A stretch of 63,254 nt of DNA, filler included, from Platydemus manokwari (Eukaryota), in assembly GCA_037951405.1 (NCBI GenBank). It is 6 parts of 6 records of this genome, joined end to end, with 100 filler letters (N's around TTAATTAATTAA, not from the genome) between each part and the next. Parts side by side here need not be neighbours in the genome. Positions count along the whole stretch, not along the records: positions 33,547 to 43,318 come from JBBMOY011206765.1; positions 43,419 to 53,421 come from JBBMOY011180100.1; 4 more parts are not named here. One strand, written 5' to 3'. Position 1 is the stretch's first letter. Each line of letters starts with the position of its first letter. The position numbers and the translations under genes were made by a program. A model generated the notes under the pieces. That model had not been told where the DNA came from. It did no database searches and saw only the letters and a list, made by a program, of their open reading frames with translations. This document shows, piece by piece, positions 38,660-51,309 of this stretch.

Positions 38660-40540
38660 TATTCTTTTAATTTACTTGTTAAATCTCGCAATATTTCGTC
38701 CCTATCTAACCTAAATTCAATAAATAAAGAATCACAATCACTTTACAATATTTCATATTTATTTTTACAATAAACATCCAAACAATCATAAATAAACTCA
38801 TACACTAAATATTTAGAATACTCTAAAACCGCAAACACAATATAATTAAATTTGTTAAAAAATATTGAGGGCTATTTCATGTGACAAGCTACAACATTAT
38901 TACTCAATGACTTAGACCTTTCATATGATGGTTTAGAAGCTAATAATTGAAATCTTTCTGGGGCTGTTACAATTTCTATATATTGCCTATTTCGAATATT
39001 TTCTAAAGTTTTTCCATATATTGAATTATTTAATAACTTATAAAAGAAATCCCCAAAAGTATCACCATTCTTTTTTGCTTGATTTCTTTTCATTATATTA
39101 TATCTTATATATGGTTCTAACCATTTGGATTTCTTAAAGTTTAACTTTTTATGAATTTGTTTTATTTCCATCCCATGTTGTACATACCAATCTAGCATTG
39201 TCCCTTCCATAACATAATTATTTTTATCAAACTGATTTAAAACTAATTTTTGCAGTTATTTCATTCACAAGATTATTTAATTGAGATTGAGATAATAAAT
39301 CTTATATTTTATTTTTAATATTTCTGGACAAAATGAAAAGTTCTTTGTATACTCATGTATCTCTTTTGGATATAATAAACCAGCAACACACATATATATA
39401 TAACCATATTCTTCTTTATCTATTAACTTTTCTAACCTTTGATTGATTTTTTCTCTAGGAGTATAAATTGGTTCAACCTCTTCTATTTCTCCTGTGGGTA
39501 AGGCAAACACATACAACTAGAATACAATAAATTGTAATCATAATATTTTATGTGTTTCCTTATTGTTAGGGTTAAAAAAATCTTTAAATTCAAAATTTGT
39601 GTTTGTTATTTTATTATTACAAACTGTACTTCTTTTTCCATACAGTCCAGCAATTCCACCTCTTATTCCTTTTTCAATTGTTAAAAGATTATTATATGTT
39701 TCTTCTTTAAAATATTTTAATTTTGTTTGAAAAAATTTCATTCCAGCATTCCAGGTGTACTATAACAATAACACGGATCTATTTCATAATCATTATAACA
39801 AGTTTCTCTAAAATTATTAAATTCATCAGCTAAAATTAAAACATCATTTCTTATATATTGTATATTCTTTTAAATCTTTCATATTTTTAAAATCATCTAA
39901 AGCTAAACCATATTCTTTTCTTGTTATCCTTTTGTTCTTTAATTTTGTAGAAAACATTTTTCTTGATGGAAATGTTGTTCTTTGTAATAGATTATCTATT
40001 TCATTCCAATTATTTCCAACAAGATATTCATAAGGAAATATTCCTTTTTCAGGAGCAAGATTATATTTTTTAAGAATTCGGTATTTTTTAGATATTTTTA
40101 ATTTATTCCCTAATTCATCTATAGTACAAGTTAACATTTTAAAAGAATCTAAGAATCTAATATTTTTAATACTAAAGGAAATACATTCTTCATCAGTGTG
40201 GGGAATTATGTGATGTAACTCATTTTGAAACCTGCTAACTATTTATTCAAAAAACAAATGATTATCATATCTACTTGCATTATGGAAATAACATGGGATA
40301 AAGAAATCTTTTAATGATCTTTAATTTAAATTACAACTATTGTGTGCATAACCCCTAAAATTACCACTTAAATGATCATAATCTAATACCAAATCTTTAT
40401 ATATAGTTTTCTTACAATAAACAATCGTTTTATTTTTATTTTTATTTTCTAAATTATTATTTTCTATTGGTATAGTATTTGTTTTTATTATTTCTGTTAA
40501 TTCATCATTTATTCCCATTAATGTATCAATAAATCCTACT
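38660..40540 (-). mobile_element. Maverick/Polinton protein-primed DNA polymerase B, decayed
   Basis: Colinear motifs DHLSGNFRGYAHNSCNL, YFHNASRYD, FLDSFKML, KGIFPYEY, IEKGIRGGI, WLEPYIRYN..KR, YKLLNNSIYGKTLENIRNR and SDCDSLF, interrupted by stops and frameshifts. Confidence 0.9.
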
Positions 40541-41155
40541 GGTCCTACGGTCCCAAGACCTTGATGTTTTGATAATTGCGTCGTCTGTCGGTTCCGTCTT
40601 GATTTTGTCCTTTATTTCAATCGGGCGACTTTTTCGAGCTATCTACCCGATAAACCACTCCATCTCAGTTTCCGTCCTTATCTAATTCTATGCTTTTGAT
40701 GTATGTTGAGGTCCTTAGGGCACTTTCCCAACAAAAGCAATATTTACGGAATTGATATTTAGTTAATGTATAAAGCAGACTTAATATTAAAAATGATGTT
40801 CAGATCAATAAATTGGTTCAAAAAATTATAAGACTAGCTTAAATATTTTAACAAATTATCGATTAATATTAAATAATACGTTTATAATAATTTATATAAA
40901 ATAAAATAATTCATAAAAATAATTATAAAATTCACAAATTACCAATATTCAGACTAAAATTTATGAATACATAACCCAATCGATGAAAAGTGATAAGTAA
41001 AAGAATTCTCAATATTTGTTTCACATGTAAATGAACCGAAACAATATGAACATATCATTATGTCTAAAACGATGAGCATTTTTATTATTTGAATTTTCAT
41101 TGTCATTTTCCAAGAATTTTCTTCGAAAACAAGTAATACTTTTATTATTTATATC

Positions 41156-41474
41156 TGTGAGGTTTAAAATTTTAATTAAATAATTTTAAATTAAATTTAT
41201 TAAATTAAATTTAATAATTTACAAAAATTATTTTTCCTTGTTTATATTTAAAATATTTAATACTTATCTTGTTCAGACAATTATTGTAATCTCTCAGAAT
41301 TTAAAAAATAATTTCTTCAAAAACAAATTAAAATGCGTTAAAAATAATTTTATATTATTTATTAAAGAAAGAATATTTGTTTAGATAATCCGTAAAATGA
41401 AATATATTTTTACACATTGAGAAATAAGAGTTTTAAATATGACTTACAAAACGAAGAGGTGTTAGCAGCTAACA
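41156..41474 (+). mobile_element. Solo LTR of gypsy family B
   Basis: TGTGAGGTTTAAAATT...AAAACGAAGAGGTGTTAGCAGCTAACA aligns end-to-end with the LTR at 46041-46594. Confidence 0.65.
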
Positions 41475-43242
41475 CATTTAATTATAATAATAATGATAAT
41501 TATATTTATAATAATGTATTTAATTATATTTTTATAAATTATATTTATATTCAAGTTTCTAGTAATTTTATAATCAAATCTAAAATTATATTCATTATAT
41601 TATATAATTATATTAATATTTATAATCATAATTTTATTTAACGCCACACTTTTATTTATATTTATCATTATACTTATAATTATATTTATATTTATATTAA
41701 TAGCAATAAATAATTATTAATTATCACATTAAATTTATAATGGATAAAGGAAAATTTGAGCAAAAATATTCATTCATATAATTCGATATTTATTTATATA
41801 TGATTTAAAAATAAAGAAAATGATTTATTTGTTCGTCTAACACGATCTGAAGTATAATTGGGAATATTTTTCAAAATGAATGACAGATAAAATTAAGAAA
41901 TTTATATTCATTGATGAAGGAAACAGAAAAAAATATATTATTTTTTCCCTCTTCTCAATTCATTTCAATGAAACAAAATGATTATAAAAGTCACATTATT
42001 CACAATCGTTGATTTTTCATTTCATATAATCAATTTTTTTTTATTAAATAAATTTATTAAATGGAAAAATCAATTTGGTTTTCCTTTATAGTAGATGAAT
42101 GGAATTATTTGTTTTTCGATTTATTAACGAATAAAAGTAATCAATCTAGAATTTAATTGATAATAATTCCATTGATGAATGATTAATTGTTGTTTGATAA
42201 TAGACAAATATCAACTCAAGTTATAAGTTAATTTAAACAAAAAAATAATTTAAAAATGAGCTAATAAATGTTTTCGTGAAAAATATTATATTTGAAAATA
42301 AATTGCTTGAGACGTTAAAAATATTTCAACATCTGTGCCTTTTTTAATCGGTTGTTTGAACTGGTTAGTTACTGTAAAGTTTTATATATATCTAACTATA
42401 TCTAATAGGTTTTATTATTATTCTACAATCTGACTCGAAAGATTGGTGTAAAACTATGAGAATAATTTGACGTTTAAATTATGAATAAATATCCATAAAT
42501 AATACGATAAATCAATAAAATTTAATTGAGGCAATAAAAATATTACAGACTGATTGAAACACAAAATAAGATCGGCAAATGGCTATCGAAACAATTACAA
42601 ATCAATGATAATAATTCATGTAAAAAAGTGACCAAAAGTTTTGTTTTCTACTAAGATTTATGATGATTGGTTCCAGGTTATCTGGAAAAAATAAAATTTT
42701 GAAGTTCTGAATGCTGGTATGGACAGCAAAAGCTCTACATTTGCTGTAAGTTTTAAAGGTGGCTAGATCTAAAGTCTTTGTTATTCAATTTATTTGATTA
42801 CGTTTATGGCTTTAGTTGGATGAGATCCAAGTTAAAGAATGTCTATAAGGAATAAGAACAATACAATTAAAATAAATCCTTAAAATTGATTATTAATAGA
42901 GAATCAGATACTTTAATACTTCGACTTTTCGATTGAAGTTACAAAATTTCCTCAACTAACTGTTCTGGTGACAATATTTATTAATCAGATTTAGTTTAAT
43001 TTTTTACCGTGAGCGATGAAATGATTTTGTTCAGTACGTCGATCAATAATTTATTTCTTTAATAAATTTCATTAATTAATTTCCTTCAATAATTTTTAGT
43101 CATGTCGGTTTTCAACTTAATATTGACACTTTTCATATTACTTGGAATCAAGACTGTTTAAGAAACTATGTAGTGGGCGTTTTCCTTAAATTTATTTTAT
43201 TTGTTAACATTAATTATCTTAATTATTTTCTTTTTTATCATT

Positions 43243-43263
43243 TGTTATTATTATTATTATTAC

Positions 43264-43318
<55 letters not shown>

Positions 43319-43489
43319 NNNNNNNNNNNNNNNNNNNNNNNNNNNNNNNNNNNNNNNNNNNNTTAATTAATTAANNNNNNNNNNNNNNNNNNNNNNNNNN
43401 NNNNNNNNNNNNNNNNNNCGTATCAAACTATTTCCACATCATTATAGATTATTATTGCTTATAATTAAAATATATGATAAGTTTTAAAA

Positions 43490-43552
<63 letters not shown>

Positions 43553-43575
43553 GCACACAAGAATAATAATAATAA
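43243..43575. repeat. (TTA)n and (AAT)n microsatellites either side of a gap
   Basis: Triplet runs at ~43243-43318 and ~43492-43575. Confidence 0.9.
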
Positions 43576-44471
43576 TGTTACTAATTATCAATATTTTACC
43601 ATAAATAAATAAGTATTTAATTTCATATACTCATAATGATCCCAAAAGAATAACATGTATATATTTCTACAAGTAGAGAACTTCCTGTTAATTTGTGGAA
43701 TTTTCATTTTGATTTCATGAAATAACCTGAATTATCAAAATTGCAAAACTGGCCACCATTGTGTATATGAGCGTTAAAAATTAGAAATAATATTAATAAC
43801 TCTGAAGGTCATTTTTATAAATTAAACTATATCATTGTTATTGATTGTTATATTGATTAGTTAAAATTTCAAATTGCTTCTTTTATCTACTAAATTATCA
43901 ACTAAATGTCGAATAAACAATCAAATTTAGAAATGTGATTATTTGATTAATTCATACATTTCGATATTGTTATGGAAAAAAAGGAAAATGAAAGAAACTA
44001 TAATGGTGAAATGATTTAATTCTAATAAATATTTCAATTTTACTGGTCAAAATTACTCAGCGAATTAATTCCCAATGGAATTTCGATGTGATAAAATCTG
44101 CGATTATTAAAATAGATTTGGCATTTCATATTTTTAGAAACAATGCCAAACTGACGAGAATTTCTTTACCAAACTAATTGTGTCATTAGATTCGCAAAAG
44201 TTTATATTTTAGAAAAATAGGAATAAATTTAAAAGTGAGTAGCTTAGAAGATGATATTTTAATATAAACAAGTAATTCGTTTTTACTATTTCAATGGAAT
44301 AGATTTCTCTGATGAACAAAAGAATTTTTGATTTATCGACTCTTAGAAATCAGTGGAGAGCTAAAATTGATTTTAATTTCGCGAATAATCGTTCAACATT
44401 TGAAGATGTTTTTAATTAATGGATTAATATAAAAATTGAAAGCATTAAATAAACTATTTAAATTGACTTAC

Positions 44472-44572
44472 GTCTCATCACTTGCAAAAAAATCAGGCTC
44501 ATCTGCTAAAACTGGAACATTTGTAAGTTTCGCTCGAAACTCTTGCAGCAACTTTTCACTCGAAGACGACAT
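44472..44572 (-). CDS. Probable first exon of a CRAL-TRIO/SEC14-like protein
   Basis: MSSSSEKLLQEFRAKLTNVPVLADEPDFFASDE(T) followed by a GTAAGT donor; resembles the CRAL-TRIO N-terminal helix preceding 'D.TLLRFL'; later exons not found. Confidence 0.4.
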
Positions 44573-46040
44573 GAGTTACAAAAATACAATTGTGATGATT
44601 ACACTTTTATCCACACAATTAAACGTGAAACTTACACAAATATATTTTTGTATAACAAATGAGAGTGAGCACAATCATTTCAGCAGTAAGCACACAACCC
44701 TAAGAATACAGAAAAATTAATTATGCTTGTGTCTGTGTGTGTGTTTGGGTGTGGGTGATTTGTAGATCGTTCTGTTAATGAAATGTTAATAATATCGTAG
44801 TATTGATTATCTCAATTTCATTGTAATGATTAGTTTTTAGTATTTTTGAGAACATAACAATCATATTATGATTTAGATTTGGTATAATTATCTATTAAAT
44901 ACTGAAAACTTGTAGAAATTGGATTGTAAGTTTGATCAATGATGCAACATTTTATAAGGAACGTTCTTTATATTTTCGAATTGCTTGTCATATGTAAAAC
45001 GCTAGGAAAGGAATTTAAAGTTATAAAATTTATAAATATTATGATTATGGATAGAAGAAACTTAAACCTTTGTTGATTTTTTTATATCCAATAATTCAAG
45101 CTCAAGTTGGGTAGCTTTTTCAAAAAAATAATTAAAAGTAAATATGTTTTGCATTTATTATGAATATGCATAATAAATTTTTAATTGTCATGAAATTCAA
45201 ATATTTTGAATCAGAAATTCTTGGTGGACATTAACTGTAAATTCAAAATAGTTTTTAACTGTTCCGACTACTGGAAAATTATGATAAAAATCATTTTTGA
45301 ATAATCTAAAGAATTTAGAATTAATCTTAACGACTCTTTGAATAATATAAATGTTTCTTCAGTAAATGGTAATATTTTTTATTTTTACAGCAATTCTTTT
45401 ATTTTCAAATGAAAATCATATTTGATCCATTATGAAACTATAATGAAAAATCTGTTGGTTTTCTGGCTAATGAATTACAATTATATATATTATTGTAAAG
45501 ATGTTATCTGATCACATTGATTCCACTCAACATTAATCGATAACGGCAACAATTATTTAAAATTATCATTAAATTATCAGTTGGTAAACTGTGGTGAAAT
45601 TAACAAAAATATTTATCGACTCATTTAACTCCGTTACCGGTTTATGTGAAATAAATATCCGACAATCATTATATTCGTTTTGAAATCAAGAATTTTGGAT
45701 TTTCATCTACGTACATGAGATTATTATATTCTAATTAATTTGAAATTTTTGTGCGAACATTTTAACTTTGAGCGGAGATATGAGTGAGTTTTATTTTATT
45801 TCGAAAGAGCATTATTTCCTATAAAGTAATTTACTGATTATTTTAAATATTTGTTATTATTATGAATGCGAAAATTTTTGTTCTTATGATCCCCTCCGTC
45901 AACTTTGGTTTACTGAATATCTACTTTCGTAGTGTATCAGGTATTGTGTTCTTTTGCTTTGAAATTATTTCGATTTCTAAAATATATATTGTAAAATAAA
46001 AACTCTGATTTGATTTGATCAAATAATATTTGGTTGTAAC

Positions 46041-48465
46041 TGTGAGGTTTAAAATTAATAATTACGATTAATAATTTTAAAAAAATTTTTAATTGATTAT
46101 ATTAGAAATATTTAACACTTTGACTGACATTTGTGTCTATAACCGTCAAAACGAAATTCACTATGTGGCATGACAGCAATGCGGCTATAGCGGCACAAAT
46201 GTGCATTTACTGACGTACAAATAGAAGACTAGTGTCATGTTTTGGAAACAATTCTTTCGGTTGAATTTTGTTTCCACCTATTATACGACTTGTATCTTAA
46301 GTACGCACATATAGTGTTAAATTTCGAGCTTCATTTGTTCCTACTGTCCTTCAATGTGTTAATATTTGTATTTATCTTGATTAAGTCATTACTGCAACCT
46401 CTCAAAAATAATTCATAAAATTTAAAATAAAAATGTGCGAAAAAATAATGTTTATATTAATGGCAATTTAAAGAAGGCTAAAAATAATAGAATATTTGCT
46501 TGGAAAATATGTAATATAAAAATATTTTTTTGTGCTTTAATAATGAAGACTTTTGAATGCAACATAAAAAACGAAGAAGCGTTACCAACTAACGTGGCGA
46601 TCACGCACGTGGATGTGATCTTAGGTTCGCTGTTGCCAGACAGATTCAAAATGGGGATAACGTCGAACACTTTATTAAAAAGTGTAATCGATATTTCGAG
46701 GCTGGGGAAATCCCAAAGCGCGTCCAATTGGCTATCGTATTAGCACGATTGGACGACAAAATGAGGTACGAGGACAGACTGAGGAAGGCCTTTGGCCAAA
46801 AGAAATCCTTCGCTCAGGATGAGATGAAGGCCCTAAGGTTCAGAAGGAATGTCTCTCCCGATGATGTGGAGTTAGAGAAAGAAATTAAAATTAGGGATAT
46901 TGAGGAAGTGGATCAAAGAAAGGAAACCGTAAAAAAGATAGATGAAGTAGGAAATAAAGTAAAAAAAGTAAAGTAAAGTAAAGGTAGAGAATGGACCATG
47001 ATAGTCAGAGCAAAACCAAAACCCAGGTCTCTGGAAAGAAAGGTATATAATAGGACGTGCAATAGTTGCCAAAAACCAGGGGAAAAATGCCTGTCACCGA
47101 ATAGGTCACATGGCGAGAAATTGTACAAATGTCAAGTCTTGCAGATGTCGATACCGAGGACATCACGAGAGAGAATGTTACGCAAATTTAGAGAGAAGGG
47201 ACAACACAGGTCCAGCAACAAGCAAGGGATATCAATAATCACGAGAAGATTTGATCACAGACGGAGTACCAATAGAATAAAGGAAAACAGAAAGAGTTTC
47301 AACGGGCAAAATTATAAAATAGTGAAATAATAGACAAGTAGCGGCGTTTGAAGAAGAATCGGATTCAGAATACAACGAATAACACCCAAAAAAGAACGCG
47401 CCAACACCTGGCAATAAACTGAACAATAAATCTAAGTCTGAGCAAAATAACGAGAGTATAAGTAGTCATATTGATATTTATTATATAAGTAATTTAAATA
47501 AAATAAACAAAATAAAAACTAAAATAAGCAAACGAGACAGTGCCCAGAACAAAAAAATTGGAAAGTTGAAAAACAAATTGTAACCGGTAACAACTATGAT
47601 ATAGAATCAGAAAAGAGAGTACAATGGAAAGTTGTAAAATTTATAAAGAAAGGGATGGCTGACAATGTGGTGGAAGTACAAGGAGATGATACGGTAGTAA
47701 GTATATTAACGATCAAGGATTTAAAGCTTCCCCAGATTTCTTATGATAAAATGCAATGTAGACTGAGCATAAATATAAAAATAGAGAATAAAGAATTTGA
47801 ATGCTTGTTAGACACTGGCGCATGAGTAAATTTCATCGATAAGACGATATTAGAGACACTCAAATAAGTAGAAATCGAATATATAAGTGAAAGTTTACGA
47901 TGTGTCACCACAGTAGATTAGAGGTTGTTGGTAGGACAAGGATAAAAGTCAAGTTAGGAAGTCAGTCCGGGACGATATCATTCATAATAGTTGAGCACAT
48001 GAAACCAAAGATCATAGGCTGAATAGAGTTTCAAGAAGAATTTGGATTAGAGTTACGGTGGAAAAAGAACTCTCAGCACAAAGAAACAGAATTAAACACC
48101 TCCGTCTGTGAAATAACAGCGAGGTTTGGTAGGGGTATAATCGATGAGGATAGATTCAAGAAAACAAAATAATGTCTTGCGGTGAAAGAAGAATTTCGTT
48201 TATGGGGAATATTAAAAGCGAACAGTAACACATTCATGGCAGATCATTGGGACATTGATTGTACAAAGATAAGATTGTAACAAATGGAAGTCAAATAAAT
48301 ATCAAACCTCGGAGACAACCAGTAAATTTAGAATTTTTAGAATCCAAGTTAATTTGAATTTTAAAGAAGACTAAAAATAATAGAATATTTGTTTGGAAAA
48401 TTTGTAATATAAAAATATATTTTTTTGCGCTTTAATAATTATGACTTTTGAATCCAATAACTAAT
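46041..48465 (+). mobile_element. Ty3/gypsy retrotransposon, family B (5' LTR, PBS, gag, protease, deleted pol, partial 3' LTR)
   Basis: LTR 46041-46594, PBS-like TGGCGATCACG, zinc-knuckle-like CNSCQKPG, protease CLLDTGA (~47801-47822), pol-start IKPRRQPVNL; 48360-48455 repeats LTR sequence 46466-46560. Confidence 0.8.
46116..46316. mobile_element. Possible piggyBac-like MITE inserted in the LTR
   Basis: TTAA|CACT...AGTG|TTAA; the segment is absent from the homologous solo LTR at 41156; the TIR match is very short. Confidence 0.4.
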
Positions 48466-48715
48466 TAAAGAGTTTGTCTATATTTTTTGAATGTTCATTG
48501 TCATGTATCTTTAACATATAATTACACAATTTCCACATGGCTCTACCAGTGGAAACTGCAAGCAGCCTCACAACTCAAACAAATATTCTTTAACCAATCT
48601 AAATATAAAACAATTGTTGTTTAATTATAAATTATCAGGGGGAAATATTTATTAAGCGGGCAGATTAAATAGAAATTCATTAATGAGTTTTAACATTTTT
48701 AGAGTTATTATTTTA

Positions 48716-49020
48716 TATTAGGTTGTTGCATAAGTTCCCGCTGTTACATGAAATCATTTGCTCTATAAAGACTTTTTGATGTTTGGCGAAGTGTTACATG
48801 CCATTAGAAAGTCCGTGCTATGATCTACAAGATAAAGGTAATCGTTTCTGCATATATTATTTTTTTGTCTTTTTTAGAACCGTTAGAATAGATTGTCAAG
48901 TCGATAAAAAATCGCATTTTCGACATCTGCTTCTTTTTATCTTTAATCGAGGTCAAAAACGAATGAAGCTACCAGAGATATTTGTGCAATGTATGGAGAC
49001 GAGGCTATAGTTGAGAGAAC
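48716..49020 (+). mobile_element. mariner 5' fragment, same family as 25804-26582
   Basis: TIR TATTAGGTTGTTGCATAAGTTCCC and DCQVDKKSHFRHLLLFIFNRGQK. Confidence 0.8.
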
Positions 49021-49998
49021 TGAATTTTAAATGAATTTTAGCAAATATGATTAAAACATATTTTCTATGAAGGTGAGTTTTCAAGACTTAATTAGACTTA
49101 AAATTCATTCAAATAGTTTTAAAATATTTTTCAATGAGAGAGGAAACATTTTACAAAATCTATTTTTATTAACTAACATCAATGTTGATTGGTTAATTGG
49201 TTTCAAAATTATAATTTAAGTTTTGCATTTTCAATTTTTTTACTTGAACAATATAAAATAAATAATAAGATCAAAATATTATCTAAAATTTATAATTATA
49301 ATCGGTATAATTATAATTATGATAGTTCTAAATTGGAGATATAATGGTGGAAATATATTTTTAACATTGAAAACGAGGCGAAAAGTCACGGCACGAAAAT
49401 TATATTTAAGCAACAATTATTTAAAACATTGTTATATATGCTGAATATAACTAAATTGTACTGATTTGAAACAAAATGAAATAATAATGTCCATTTGAGC
49501 AAACCAATAAATCAAAAGCACAAATTCTATTTTAAAGAGTGGCCTAGTGCGAACTCACTTAAAATAATTCCAACATACTTGATATCAAATGAATTTAAAC
49601 AAAATATTTGTAAAATTTTATCTAATATTTATCAACCATTTAGACTAGTCGATAATATGTACTTTAGATAATAATTATAATTAATTATAATATAATAATT
49701 ATTATTTTTAAATAATTATCTGAATGAGCCACGATCACCCATCATAGTCGCAATTCAATCTATAATCCATAATGAATTCGATTCTTAAATTAAATATCTT
49801 TAAATTTTCAGACTCCGATGGGTTTTTTCCAGATGACAATAATGCCTCATAGTTTATTACCTGTCAGCTCTTTATAATTCCGTCGGGGTTTACATGACTT
49901 CTTTAATCACATCATAGTTATCCTGGATTTTGGATTACTTGATGAATTGGTCTCTGAATTAGTATAAAAACGAATATCTATTTTCTAAATTTCTTTTA

Positions 49999-50165
49999 GT
50001 CCTATCTGCATCTGGTCCGAGACACTGACGAGGCCTATGGAAGGACACTATCCGTATCATAAACATCCATTACCACCACCTCTCCTGAAGTTTCCAAAGA
50101 TATGTAAGTCCTATACATCTCTAGGTCGAGATACTGATTAGGGCTATGGAAGGCCGAAATAGGAC
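49999..50165 (+). ncRNA. Tandem pair of type III hammerhead-ribozyme-like motifs
   Basis: Copy 2 (50108-50165): GTCCTA-TA-C ATCTC taggtc GAGAT A-CTGATTA-GGGC tatggaa GGCC-GAAA-TAGGAC, with all three stems visible. Copy 1 (49999-50050), 109 nt upstream, has an intact CTGACGA-GGCC but lacks the GAAA box. Confidence 0.7.
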
Positions 50166-51309
50166 CAATTTTCAGAAAAAAGTAATTTTTAGAATATTTT
50201 GACTACTTAACAAAATTAATATTTTATAAAAATTCTATTTTAAAATATTCCAAATATAATTCATTTTCAAATCCTCACATTATTAATTAATGTAATAATT
50301 ATAATCATTATAATAATTAATGTAATAATTATAATATCTAAAGTCTAAAAATATTCTTAAAAGTTCTTGAGGATTCAATTAAGATATGAAGAAATGATGT
50401 CTCAATTAATTTTAATTTATTAAATGAAATTTATATGAGATTATAACAAAAAAAAATTCGTTTCAAAAATCAATTTACACTTTAAAACCAACTAAAATCA
50501 TATCAAAAATCCTTTGATCTTCGGGCTTTGATTTATGTTAAATTTAATTTAAATGAAACTCAAACGTTGGTGATATAAACAAGAATAACACTCGATATCG
50601 ATTATTATTAAGCATAAAATTATTGAATGAAAACTTATTATTTTAGATTGATTATTTTAAGATTTTTGTTGAGAAATAAGATTTCAGAGTAGTATTAGAT
50701 TTTTATTTAAAAAATTATTATGAATGAAAAATATTATTATCCACGAAATCATAAGACATTTAAAATTAGTTAAAACAAATTTCTACAAACACTTTAGAAT
50801 CAATTTTTGTGTTGAAGTCAGGCAGATTGTGTGAGCGCCTTGATAACACGTGAATGGAAAATTATGAATTTATGATTCAAAATATTTTCTGTGTATTTGA
50901 TTACATTGGTCATTTATTAAATTATCAGTTCTATTTTGACATTTCGATATTAAATTTCTATAGATTTCACAATCAAGCAACTGTTCACTTCAGAACGGTT
51001 CGTTTTTAATCGCAAAATTCTAAAGATGTCACAATCAAGCAATACGATAATTGTTTCATGAATAGTTGAAACAAATGTTTAATCCTTCGATGACATTAAT
51101 TTCAAAAACATTTTTCCATAGTAAAAGAAAATATTAATAAACAGGTTTTTCTTTAGATTTGCCAAATATTTTACAGTTTTGATTTACAGTTGAGATGTAA
51201 TCCACTGATTTTATTACAAGAAATACGGTTTAAGGAATGATTGTTTCATAATTTATTGAATGTAACATAAACAATAAGGTTGTGTTATCACTTTGGAAAA
51301 ACAAAATGA

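Noticed and set aside
43243-43575. AAT repeats at contig ends as telomere-like or DNA-elimination boundaries
   Set aside because: Assembly breakage at microsatellites is sufficient; the same repeats occur internally (1997-2150) and in both orientations.
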